DNA from: an uncultured Deferribacteres bacterium
GTDB lineage: Bacteria; Zhuqueibacterota; Zhuqueibacteria; Zhuqueibacterales; Geothermadaptataceae
Assembly (NCBI GenBank): GCA_964014485.1
Contig: CAXHAT010000104.1
Location: forward strand, 1 to 27,188
Direction: 5' to 3'
Length of the DNA stretch: 27,188 nucleotides
Shown piece by piece: positions 1-7,920 of this stretch. A model generated the notes under the pieces. The model did not search any database and had not been told where the DNA came from. It was given only the letters and a program-made list of their open reading frames with translations. The position numbers were made by a program, and so were the translations under genes. The number at the start of each line of letters is the position of its first letter. The first letter of the stretch is position 1.

Positions 1-44
1 CACCAAGAAGCTCGTCGGCAGCGTCAGATGTGTATAAGAGACAG
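1..44 (+). other. Illumina Nextera adapter remnant (end of P5 + 8-nt i5 index + Read 1 adapter with Tn5 mosaic end); sequencing artefact
   Basis: 12-44 = TCGTCGGCAGCGTC-AGATGTGTATAAGAGACAG exactly. 1-3 CAC matches the P5 3' end, and 4-11 CAAGAAGC sits in the index position. Confidence 0.98.
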
Positions 45-46
45 GA

Positions 47-1096
47 AAAAAAGAGTTAGAAAAAGTCTTGCTGCGCCGATTTTTTCCGCTCTATCGCGGC
101 AAAGTCGACGAACCTTTATTCCGCGCCCGCCTCTTGACCTGCCTTCACGCAAATATTCGACAAGACGAAGCTTTTGAAACGCTAAAATTTTACTTGCTCC
201 AGCAGCCGGCCTTGACTTCCGCACTTGTCGATCTTGCCGAAACGCTGCATGAACATCGTCCGCAAGACGATGCAATTATTGCGTTTATGACCCAAAAATA
301 TCTTGTAGATCGGCAGCGTCATTACCGTGCGGAATATTTCTACACGCAAAGTTTGAGCGCGGAAAACAACGCCGCCGTCGATGAAATTTTGGCTTTGAAC
401 CTGGAGCGAACTTTGAAGCAGCGGCGAAAAGACGTTTTTGCAGCCTGGCTCTATTTTCGCGCCTTCGAACGCAGCGGCGAGACTACAAGCTCCGCTCTAT
501 CGGAGCAAATCTATCACACGTTTGTTGAGCTCAAAGCCGTGCACGGCGACGCTCCTGTGATTGCAAGACTCGCGAGCGCCATCGAACATTTCGACGTACG
601 CGAAATCGAACAATGGAAGGTTGAACAGAAAGAGCGAGAAGAAAAGCGGCTGGCGGCGAAATTGGCGCGGGGCGGATACTTTATCCGTCAGCAAGGGCTG
701 TATATTTGGGACGTCATCTTGCGGAACCGAAAATACGTTTACTATGCCGGAGGCGCGGCGGCCTTCTTATTGATCATGTATTTCGCAATTCCAGAGAGGC
801 GGGAAACGCCGGTGGAGCAAGCCGCAAAAGTCGTCGCCCCGACGCCTGAGCCGGAAGCAAAGTTTGCCTTACAAGTCAGCGCTCTGAAAAGCGCCGGGCG
901 TGCGCAACAAGAAGTCGCTCGCTTGAACAAGGAAGGTCAGGAAGCCTATCTTGTCAATCCATCGGGGAGAAGCCGTTACTATCGCATTCACGTGGGTAAG
1001 TTTTCCAGCAAGAGTGAGGCGGAAATCGAAGGCAACAACCTGCGTCAGAAAAAAGTGATACGCGATTTTTTTGTGGTGAACTACGCCAAAAAATAA
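47..1096 (+). CDS. SPOR domain-containing membrane protein, 5'-truncated
   Basis: Frame is open back to the adapter (KKELEKVLLRRFF...). Helical N-terminal region, one TM segment (YVYYAGGAAAFLLIMYFAI), Pro-rich linker, then a SPOR signature FALQVSALKS...A...L...G.EAYLV...YYRIHVGKFSSKSEA. Confidence 0.85.
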   Translation, partial: KKELEKVLLRRFFPLYRGKVDEPLFRARLLTCLHANIRQDEAFETLKFYLLQQPALTSALVDLAETLHEHRPQDDAIIAFMTQKYLVDRQRHYRAEYFYTQSLSAENNAAVDEILALNLERTLKQRRKDVFAAWLYFRAFERSGETTSSALSEQIYHTFVELKAVHGDAPVIARLASAIEHFDVREIEQWKVEQKEREEKRLAAKLARGGYFIRQQGLYIWDVILRNRKYVYYAGGAAAFLLIMYFAIPERRETPVEQAAKVVAPTPEPEAKFALQVSALKSAGRAQQEVARLNKEGQEAYLVNPSGRSRYYRIHVGKFSSKSEAEIEGNNLRQKKVIRDFFVVNYAKK

Positions 1097-1335
1097 AGAG
1101 GCGCTTCGCTCCTTGACGCTTTTTTGTAAACTGCATTTTTGAGCCGTCGAAAGGCCTCGTTTTGTCACTCTGAAAAGCCAAGGGCCGGCGAAGCAAAATC
1201 TTTGTTATCGCTCGTTACAGACCATGCTCAAAAATTCAAGGGTCGGATCAAAAAATATGCTTCCTGCATGACAATTCCGGCCTTTTTCGCCAGCTTCAAT
1301 AACTTCTACAACAGTCTCAGGTTGCGAAAGAGTCT

Positions 1336-2223
1336 TCACGAATTTTCTTTATTCCTTCGTCGATTTGAAATGTCCTGAAGTTGCTTTTTCTCTCGCGACG
1401 TCAGGCTTTCCATCCCGCTGCTATTGATCTTGTCCAGGATTTTGTTCAGCAGTTCTTCCTCTTGTCGTTCCTTTTCTTCAGCGCTTTTGGTTAGGCGCAT
1501 CCTCTTTTGCAAAGCCTCAAAATTTTGTGCATCCGTCACCTTGCGCTGAGACCTGGCAGGCTTTTCTCCGCTGAGGTAGAGCGGCTTTTTGTACAAATAA
1601 ATAAGAATCGCAATAGAGCCGCCCATAATGAGGGCGTACAATCCCGGGCTGGCGACGATGATTCCAGGGTGAAAAAGCGTCGTCACGGCAAGCCCGACAA
1701 TCGCGCCGCCGAGATGAGAATCGTGGCCGATATTGCCGACTTGTCGACGCATTGCCCAAAACGACCCGGCGATGAAAAGAATGGCGTAAATGCTGGCGGG
1801 AATCGGGATAGGCAGCGGGAAAAGGTAAATACTCATGCCCGGATGAAGAAAAATGGCGGCGAAAATCACCCCGCAAACGCCGCCGGAAGCGCCAAGCGCA
1901 CGGTATTCGTAATGGCGATGCAGGTAGAGCGCGAGCAGGCTGCCGCCCAAAATGCTCGAAAAATAAATCACGCCCAGCAAGAACCAACCCGCGCCGCCGC
2001 TTTTTTCAATCGCTTCGCCGAAGACGAACAAACTGAACATGTTAAAAAACAGATGCAGCCAGTCAGCATGAACGAAGCCGCTTGTCAAAAGACGGCTGTA
2101 TTCTTTCTCGCGAAAAATGCGTTCGGTGGAAAACACGCATCTTTCCATAATGCCGGGGTTTTTAAATCCCTGCCACGAAATGTAGACTGTTACAGCAACA
2201 ATTGTGAGCGTAAGAAGCGCCAT
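1336..2223 (-). CDS. Rhomboid family intramembrane serine protease with C-terminal DUF6576-like helical domain
   Basis: HADWLHLFFNM, catalytic GASGG and HLGGA motifs, about 6-7 TM helices. Tail LNKILDKINSSGMESLTSREKKQL. ATG at 2223 overlaps the upstream stop (TGATG). Confidence 0.93.
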   Translation of the reverse strand: MALLTLTIVAVTVYISWQGFKNPGIMERCVFSTERIFREKEYSRLLTSGFVHADWLHLFFNMFSLFVFGEAIEKSGGAGWFLLGVIYFSSILGGSLLALYLHRHYEYRALGASGGVCGVIFAAIFLHPGMSIYLFPLPIPIPASIYAILFIAGSFWAMRRQVGNIGHDSHLGGAIVGLAVTTLFHPGIIVASPGLYALIMGGSIAILIYLYKKPLYLSGEKPARSQRKVTDAQNFEALQKRMRLTKSAEEKERQEEELLNKILDKINSSGMESLTSREKKQLQDISNRRRNKENS

Positions 2224-3812
2224 CAATCAGATCTTTTCTTATGAAGTTTGAGCGTTCTGCCCGCCAATTCACCGGTAAATTCTTCGTCCAGCATCGCGGC
2301 GCGCCCGTTGACAAAAACATGCACGACGCCTTCCGACAATTGGTACGGTTCGGTAAAAGTGGCGCGGTCGCGCAATCGTTCCAAGTCAAAAACTACAATG
2401 TCCGCAAAAGCGCCTGAACGCAGAACGCCGCGATCAGCCAAACGGAAAACTTGCGCCGGCAGGCTCGTCATGCTGCGAATCGCGGCGGCCAGACTGACGA
2501 CGCCTTCTTCGACAACGTACTTCCTGATCTTTCGCGGAAACGCGCCAAACGCACGCGGGTGCGGCGAACCGACGCCCCATTTTGGCTGCCTGCCGTCCGA
2601 CGAGGTCATCATCCACGGCTGCGTCATAAGAGTACGGACGTCATCGTCATGCATATTGAATGAGACAATGCCAGGCTCGCCTTGTTGAAACATTTTCACA
2701 GCAGTTTCTATTGGCGTCATTTTGCGTTCAGCAGCGACTTCGCTCAAAAGCCGTCCTTCCACAGACTGGTCTTCGGCAAAATAGCGAAATTGAATGCGAT
2801 CCGGACCACCGCGACGAGCAAGGTTTTCCTTCATCGCAGCCAGAATTTCACGCAAAGCATTTTGATTTTGCAGCCGCGCCGTCAGGGAGTCGCGCCCTCC
2901 CGCTTGCGCCCAGCGAGGCAGCAACGCAGCCGCGAGGCTGGTTGCCGAAGCAGTATAAGGATATTGATCCGCATAAATTTGCAATCCCTCATCTCGCGCA
3001 CGTTCGATTCGCCGTACAAGCGCCTGAGAAAAGCCCCAAACAGGAGGGCCTAACGTTTTAATATGGGTGATCACGCCTGGAAGGTTTGCTTCGCGCGAAA
3101 TTTGGATAACCTCATCCACCGCGGCAACGACGCCGATCGTGTAATTCGACTCATCGCGAATATGGCTTGTATAAGCGCCGCCAAACTGTGCCGCGATTTT
3201 GGCGAGAGCGACGAGTTCCGCTGTGTCTGAATAGCTCCCAGGCGCGTAAAAAGGCCCGCTTGAAAGCCCAAAGCCGCCGTCCAGCATGCCTTGGCGAACG
3301 AGCGCTTTCATGCTCTCAAGCTCATCAGGATTCGCGAGACGATTCGCCATGCCCAGCACCTGTCGTCGGACGCCGCCATGAGGAACAAGCTGGGCGGCGT
3401 TTACGCCCAAGCCGTCTTTTAGCAAATCCTTTTGTTGTTCGGCCAAATCAACCGGGCCGCCGCCGTCGGGATTAATGAAAACAGTTGTTACGCCTTGTGT
3501 CAGCAGACCATGAGCGCGGCTGCGATCAGGTGAAGCCAATCCGTCTGCAGCGTGTGAATGGCTGTCTATAAAACCGGGCGCAATGTAGAGATCATTGGCG
3601 TCGATTTCGCGCTGACCTTTTACGTCGTGTAAATCGCCGATTGCAACAATCCGATCTCCTTGAACGGCTATATCTCCCCGGAACCACGGATTTCCGGAGC
3701 CGTCGAGAACCCGGCCGTTTCGGATGATAATGTCAAATTGGTTTTGCGCTAAGGCGGGCAGGCTCATCACCAAAATAGTGGCGAACGAAGGCAATTTTCG
3801 AAGAAAGCTCAT
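2223..3812 (-). CDS. N-acyl-D-amino-acid deacylase (D-aminoacylase) family amidohydrolase with signal peptide
   Basis: DIIIRNGRVLDGSGNP, PGFIDSHSH, SHIRDE, ADQYPY, SDG and HPRAFGAFPR motifs. N-terminal Sec signal ending ALA|Q. Confidence 0.92.
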   Translation of the reverse strand: MSFLRKLPSFATILVMSLPALAQNQFDIIIRNGRVLDGSGNPWFRGDIAVQGDRIVAIGDLHDVKGQREIDANDLYIAPGFIDSHSHAADGLASPDRSRAHGLLTQGVTTVFINPDGGGPVDLAEQQKDLLKDGLGVNAAQLVPHGGVRRQVLGMANRLANPDELESMKALVRQGMLDGGFGLSSGPFYAPGSYSDTAELVALAKIAAQFGGAYTSHIRDESNYTIGVVAAVDEVIQISREANLPGVITHIKTLGPPVWGFSQALVRRIERARDEGLQIYADQYPYTASATSLAAALLPRWAQAGGRDSLTARLQNQNALREILAAMKENLARRGGPDRIQFRYFAEDQSVEGRLLSEVAAERKMTPIETAVKMFQQGEPGIVSFNMHDDDVRTLMTQPWMMTSSDGRQPKWGVGSPHPRAFGAFPRKIRKYVVEEGVVSLAAAIRSMTSLPAQVFRLADRGVLRSGAFADIVVFDLERLRDRATFTEPYQLSEGVVHVFVNGRAAMLDEEFTGELAGRTLKLHKKRSD

Positions 3813-3930
3813 GGCAATGGCTTGGATGACGTCTATACTTTTCGTGGGCTGTAATCGATGGTAATTTCGTTATCTGTGAAAACTAAGAAAAATAGTACAG
3901 GCGATGATCCGGCGTTTCAATGATCCGCCT

Positions 3931-3946
3931 TGCCGAAGCGTCGGCA
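3931..3946 (-). terminator. Short hairpin just downstream of the 533-aa gene
   Basis: TGCCGA-AGCG-TCGGCA perfect 6-bp stem 3 nt after the stop. No U-tract, so weak. Confidence 0.3.
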
Positions 3947-3949
3947 TTC

Positions 3950-5551
3950 TCAATTTTTCTCAAGCATAGCCATCTCTCTTTCCAATTTGTAGATTCTCCC
4001 CATAATTCGAAGGCACACCCTCAGGTTTGAAAACAGCGTTTTGGCTAGCGACGCCCATTTAGCGAACGCGCTGTTTAGAAGTGCTGACAAAATCAAAGCG
4101 CAGAGCCGAGCCGCGAGGCAAAAACGCTCGGCGTCAAGGCGCAAGAACGCGACAAGTCTGTCCCCGGATTTCAAGTCCGCTCTTGTTGAATAGCCAACAA
4201 CGACGTCGCCGTCAATCGATACTTTCACAAAAGCTGTTTTTTCTTCGTTTTTAAGAACCGATCCATCCAGCGTTGCAAAAGCTTTGACAATCACTTTCAC
4301 GGCTTTCTTGACCACATCAAAAGCGCGCTGTACACAATTGAAAAAGAAACGGGCGATGTTTTGCGCCAAATCCAAAATCGAGTCGACGGCTTTACGAAAA
4401 AGTCTGCCGATCCATCGCAGAACGCGCTTGACGCCGTCCCAAATGCGCAGGTGCAGCTTGCGGCCTTTCTGCAAGGCGTTTTCGAGCTGGGCTTGATCGG
4501 TCAGCCTGTTTTCCAACTCTTCTCGTGAACTCTCATCTTCTTCCGCCTCCGCCGCTTCATGCAGCGCAATAAAAAAGCCGGGCGTCAGCTTCTTATTCCA
4601 CTTATTCTTCGATTTGCCGGAGAGCTTTGCGAAGTCTTCCAGGCATTTTTTCAACTCTTTTGAGCGCGAGATTTCACCGCTTCTGTCAAACCCGTGAAGA
4701 GGGTAAGAATATTTTCTTAGCAGATTGATTTCGTATCCCATTAGCCAAAACTCGATTTGGGTCAGGCGTATGAGGAAGGCGCGAACCTCCTGCTTGTGAG
4801 ACCAACTCTCAAAAATTGGTCTGTAGCTAAAAAATCGTTTTCCGTTTTTTACTTTGTTGGCTTTCGCGGCGGCAGCGATAAGGCGATCCTGATCCAGCAG
4901 CAACGACAGATATTTTTCATTCGGACGAGCGTTTCTTAAGAATGCGCGTATTTCCGACTCCGGCGTTTCAATCGCTCCCAACGCCATGGCGATAAGCAAA
5001 AACTTGCGCAAGGCTTCGAGCTCGACGCCTTGAAAATCCTTGCCAGGCCTTCTCGAACTTAAGCCAAGAACAAACAATCGGCATTGGGCGGCGCGCAAAA
5101 TCGCACGGAATTTTTCCGGCGCTTTCAGCCATTCCTTGTCCAACTCGTCGCATTCGAAGCTGACGAGATTGTGCAAGGCGTTCCAAGTCAGCACGCCCGG
5201 CCACCTGTCGACTTTTAACTTCATCTCTTTTTGAAACAATTCAACGGCGTCCAGAACGGCGCCGCGATTGTCTTTGAACGCCGCACGCGCCTCTTTTTTG
5301 TCAGCCGCTTCAAGGTAACCCAGAAGCCAAAGGCGCTCAGCGATAACCTGCCCTCGACGGTTAAACGGCATGTTTTCAGAAGCTTCCGGGCTGTCCGGCA
5401 AGGCTTCCATTAGCGGCAGATCGCCATTGACCGGCGTTTCAGCAGCTGAGAGAAGCTGATCAAATTTTGCGTACTGTTCCAAAGCATCCGCCGACCGCCA
5501 GGTATTTGGATCGCCGAGATTGTCCGGATAGGCAGGCAAAGTCCCGCTCAT
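3950..5551 (-). CDS. Hypothetical protein with N-terminal peptidoglycan-binding-like (PG_binding_1) domain(s) and amphipathic/hydrophobic C-terminus
   Basis: aa ~66-130 ERLWLLGYL...DAVELFQKEMKLKVDRWPGVLTWNAL fits the PG_binding_1 pattern (L..LGY...AV..FQ...L.VDG..G..T..AL). ATGA overlap with the upstream gene. Confidence 0.75.
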   Translation of the reverse strand: MSGTLPAYPDNLGDPNTWRSADALEQYAKFDQLLSAAETPVNGDLPLMEALPDSPEASENMPFNRRGQVIAERLWLLGYLEAADKKEARAAFKDNRGAVLDAVELFQKEMKLKVDRWPGVLTWNALHNLVSFECDELDKEWLKAPEKFRAILRAAQCRLFVLGLSSRRPGKDFQGVELEALRKFLLIAMALGAIETPESEIRAFLRNARPNEKYLSLLLDQDRLIAAAAKANKVKNGKRFFSYRPIFESWSHKQEVRAFLIRLTQIEFWLMGYEINLLRKYSYPLHGFDRSGEISRSKELKKCLEDFAKLSGKSKNKWNKKLTPGFFIALHEAAEAEEDESSREELENRLTDQAQLENALQKGRKLHLRIWDGVKRVLRWIGRLFRKAVDSILDLAQNIARFFFNCVQRAFDVVKKAVKVIVKAFATLDGSVLKNEEKTAFVKVSIDGDVVVGYSTRADLKSGDRLVAFLRLDAERFCLAARLCALILSALLNSAFAKWASLAKTLFSNLRVCLRIMGRIYKLEREMAMLEKN

Positions 5552-5886
5552 TTTATCAAGCCTTTGAACATTTCAACCAATCCCTGCCTGTGCCGCAAAC
5601 CGGCTGCGACGGCTTCTTTGTGAATCGTGACCACCTGGTCCGTCGCCAAGTCCGTGTCGATAAAATTGAGCGAGTCGCCGTCGAACTTTATTGTCGTATC
5701 GAGCACCAGCTTAAGGTTCGCGTTTGCTGCATCGTCTCCGTCGGGCTTGAGCAATGCTTCCAAATTTTCCAAGCTTTTGGTTTGCAAGACGGCGGTCACG
5801 TCTCCAGAAACTGTTTGCACTCTCAATTCAGACAAATCTTTGATTTCTTCACCAATGGCTTTAATGGCGTTTGTCAGGTTACTCAT
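5548..5886 (-). CDS. Hypothetical 112-aa protein (DGD beta-hairpin motif, C-terminal amphipathic helix)
   Basis: Strong RBS AAGGAG 7 nt before ATG. Stop overlaps the next start (ATGA). Protein-like composition. Confidence 0.85.
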   Translation of the reverse strand: MSNLTNAIKAIGEEIKDLSELRVQTVSGDVTAVLQTKSLENLEALLKPDGDDAANANLKLVLDTTIKFDGDSLNFIDTDLATDQVVTIHKEAVAAGLRHRQGLVEMFKGLIK

Positions 5887-6148
5887 TTACGTTCTCCTTA
5901 TGATTTATGAGTTTAGAAATGATATTGATCCAGGATGAGATCGTCTGAGACGGTTTGCGGATTCGCGGCGTCTGACTTTCAAGCTTCGTTTCCACTTCGT
6001 TGATCGCCTCTTCCCGCTCTAAATCGCCCCCTTGCCTGATGATATTTTGAATTTCTTCTTTGCTCGCCTTTGAAAAAAGCTTCGCCTTTAAATGTGATTC
6101 GGTGGTGAGGATTTCGTACAGACGATACGCCGCTGACCTTAGCGCCAT
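5879..6148 (-). CDS. Hypothetical ~89-aa helical protein, first gene of 3-gene operon
   Basis: ATG at 6148 (alternative TTG at 6172). Stop overlaps the start of the 112-aa gene (ATGAGTAA). Lies just downstream of a candidate promoter. Confidence 0.55.
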   Translation of the reverse strand: MALRSAAYRLYEILTTESHLKAKLFSKASKEEIQNIIRQGGDLEREEAINEVETKLESQTPRIRKPSQTISSWINIISKLINHKENVNE

Positions 6149-6201
6149 GCTTTCAACCCCGTCTTCAGGCAAGAATTATTACGGAATTTTGTGTTTCTCA
6201 A

Positions 6202-6229
6202 AAAATAGAATTATAGCGGAGCTTGTCAA
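6202..6229 (-). promoter_or_regulatory. Candidate sigma70-type promoter for the 3-gene operon
   Basis: Minus strand TTGACA (6229-6224)-N16-TATTTT (6207-6202). A perfect TATAAT also lies within the spacer (6215-6210). Confidence 0.45.
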
Positions 6230-6298
6230 CAGAAAGGGTGTGGAGTCGCGTGTGGATCAATGAATGGTTTGAGTAAGGTTGAACGAATTTCGCAGCAG

Positions 6299-7090
6299 CT
6301 ACATCAAGCCGTGATGCGCACCGCCGTCAACCTGGATCGTCGTTCCAGTGATGTAGCTTGCTCTATCGGAACTCAAAAATGCAATCAGCGCGGCGAGTTC
6401 TTCCGGACGGCCCATGCGCTTCATTGGCACGTCGCCGACGATCTCGGCTTCAATTTCGTCCGTCGCTTGGCCGCTCTTCTGCGCGCGCGCCTCAAGGATT
6501 TCACCGACGCGTTCGGTGCTCGTCCAGCCGGGGCAGACGTTGTTTACCGTGATTCCCTGCGTTGCGACTTCATCCGCCAAAGACTTTGCAAAACCAACCA
6601 GGCCGGGACGGATGGCGTTGGAGATCAGCAAACCGGGGATGGGCTGTTTGACCGAAATGCTCAAAATATTGATAATTCTTCCCCACCCGTTCTCCTTCAT
6701 GCCGGGCAGAACCTGACGAATAAAACGCACCGCGCTCATCATCGTCAAATCGAAGCCGTTTTGCCAACCTTCATCATCAAGGTCGTCGAAAAAACCGGCG
6801 GGCGGCCCGCCCGCATTGGTGACAAGAATATCGATTCCGCCAAACTTTTGCCGCACGTCATTGACGAGACGCTCAACGTCGTCCATTTCCCGGACGTCCG
6901 CAACCGAGGCGAAAACCTTATTGCCATGCCGCGATTGAATTTTTTGCGCCGCTTCATCAACTCGCGCTTGGTCGCGGCTGCAAATCGCGAGATTTACGCC
7001 TTCCGCCGCCAATTCGTTAGCCGCCGCGAATCCGAGTCCCTTGCTCGCCGCCACGACCAGTGCGGTTTTGCCTTCAATGCCAAAATTCAT
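6299..7090 (-). CDS. SDR family oxidoreductase (BKR/3-oxoacyl-ACP reductase-like, atypical active site)
   Basis: AASKGLG Rossmann motif, DILVTNAGGP, VNNVCPG, ASYITG..IQVDGG. YxxxK is replaced by SNAIR. RBS GGAGG. Confidence 0.92.
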   Translation of the reverse strand: MNFGIEGKTALVVAASKGLGFAAANELAAEGVNLAICSRDQARVDEAAQKIQSRHGNKVFASVADVREMDDVERLVNDVRQKFGGIDILVTNAGGPPAGFFDDLDDEGWQNGFDLTMMSAVRFIRQVLPGMKENGWGRIINILSISVKQPIPGLLISNAIRPGLVGFAKSLADEVATQGITVNNVCPGWTSTERVGEILEARAQKSGQATDEIEAEIVGDVPMKRMGRPEELAALIAFLSSDRASYITGTTIQVDGGAHHGLM

Positions 7091-7107
7091 CCGACCTCCC
7101 TAAAACT

Positions 7108-7132
7108 CCGCCGCTGTTTTGAAAAGCGGCGG
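7108..7132 (-). terminator. GC-rich hairpin between the RmlC-like gene and the SDR gene
   Basis: CCGCCGCT-N9-AGCGGCGG perfect 8-bp stem, followed by AGTTTT on the minus strand. Confidence 0.4.
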
Positions 7133-7143
7133 TTATGTTGAAT

Positions 7144-7602
7144 CTATGTGATTTCCTGCGACTTCAGCCAATCATACCCAATTTCCGGATCGTCGTGCGG
7201 AATCCGTCCTTCTTCCTCGGGATCGTAGGTAATGCTCGTGATATAAAAAAGATGCGTGACGCCGCCCAAAACTTTGCAGCCGTGCGCAACGCCCGGCGGA
7301 ATTTTGACAACCTTGGCCGGATAACTTTCGCCGAGCAGGATTTCCTGCAGTTCGCCATGCGTCGGCGAATCCTTCCGCATATCTTTCAGCCCAAGACGCA
7401 AATTGCCGATCGGCACGTACCACCAGTCAACTTGCGTTTTGTGAATGTGCCAGGCTTTTGCCACGCCTGGGTACATCATCGAGTGGCTGAATTGGCCGAA
7501 TCCCTCGCCAAAAAAGCCGTCCGTCACGCGAACGATTTCTCTGAAAAAGCCTCGTTCGTCTGGAAACGTTGTCAATTCCTTAATCTCAACGCCGTCAATC
7601 AT
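7144..7602 (-). CDS. dTDP-4-dehydrorhamnose 3,5-epimerase (RmlC/SpsL-like cupin) family protein
   Basis: DERGFFRE, KAWHIH..Q.DWW, D.RKDSPT.G, IPPGVAHG and YDPEEEGRIPHDDPEIGYDW motifs. RBS AGGAG. Confidence 0.9.
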   Translation of the reverse strand: MIDGVEIKELTTFPDERGFFREIVRVTDGFFGEGFGQFSHSMMYPGVAKAWHIHKTQVDWWYVPIGNLRLGLKDMRKDSPTHGELQEILLGESYPAKVVKIPPGVAHGCKVLGGVTHLFYITSITYDPEEEGRIPHDDPEIGYDWLKSQEIT

Positions 7603-7633
7603 GCTGCGATCTCCTGAAATTCTTCGTCCTTGT

Positions 7634-7649
7634 TGAGTTACTTAACTCA
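7634..7649. promoter_or_regulatory. Palindromic candidate operator upstream of the RmlC-like gene
   Basis: TGAGTTA-CT-TAACTCA perfect dyad about 30 nt upstream of the ATG at 7602. Confidence 0.35.
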
Positions 7650-7752
7650 TGTTACGCGCTTGCCAATAACGCATGCCGTAGATTGGTTTCCGGCTGAGTC
7701 GAGTGTTGCAATTGAAAATAAAGCTGTTTGACCCCCAAAATCGTTTTTCACG

Positions 7753-7778
7753 GTCATTCCTGCTTCCGCAGGAATGAC
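7753..7778. repeat. REP/dRS3/RPE-like palindromic element
   Basis: GTCATTCCTGC-TTCC-GCAGGAATGAC perfect 11-bp stem. Resembles the widespread GTCATTCCCGCnnnnGCGGGAAT repeat (translates VIPAEAGMT). Confidence 0.6.
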
Positions 7779-7856
7779 GCGTAGAACAAAGCTTTTAGTC
7801 AAATGCCATATCATTGGCCAGTCGCATAACATCAGCTAATTAATGTTCCGATTTGG

Positions 7857-7882
7857 AAAACGTCAATGATAAGGAATTGACG
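7857..7882 (-). terminator. Putative intrinsic terminator of the amidohydrolase gene
   Basis: Minus strand CGTCAAT-N8-ATTGACG followed by TTTT, about 40 nt after the stop at 7921. Confidence 0.45.
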
Positions 7883-7920
7883 GGTTTTTATCAAAGAGTT
7901 CTTCGTTTGTTCCCGGAAAG

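Noticed and set aside
26..44. Tn5 mosaic end as a real transposon terminus
   Set aside because: It is embedded in the full Nextera adapter plus index context.
24..275. 83-aa minus-strand ORF
   Set aside because: Antisense to the SPOR gene, and its end (SLIHI) is the translated Nextera mosaic end.
1507..2244. 245-aa plus-strand ORF
   Set aside because: Antisense shadow of the rhomboid gene, with no motifs.
6260..7141. 293-aa plus-strand ORF
   Set aside because: Typical antisense shadow ORF of an SDR gene.
7647..7832. 61-aa ORF containing VIPAEAGMT
   Set aside because: The peptide is just the translation of the palindromic repeat, with no convincing RBS.
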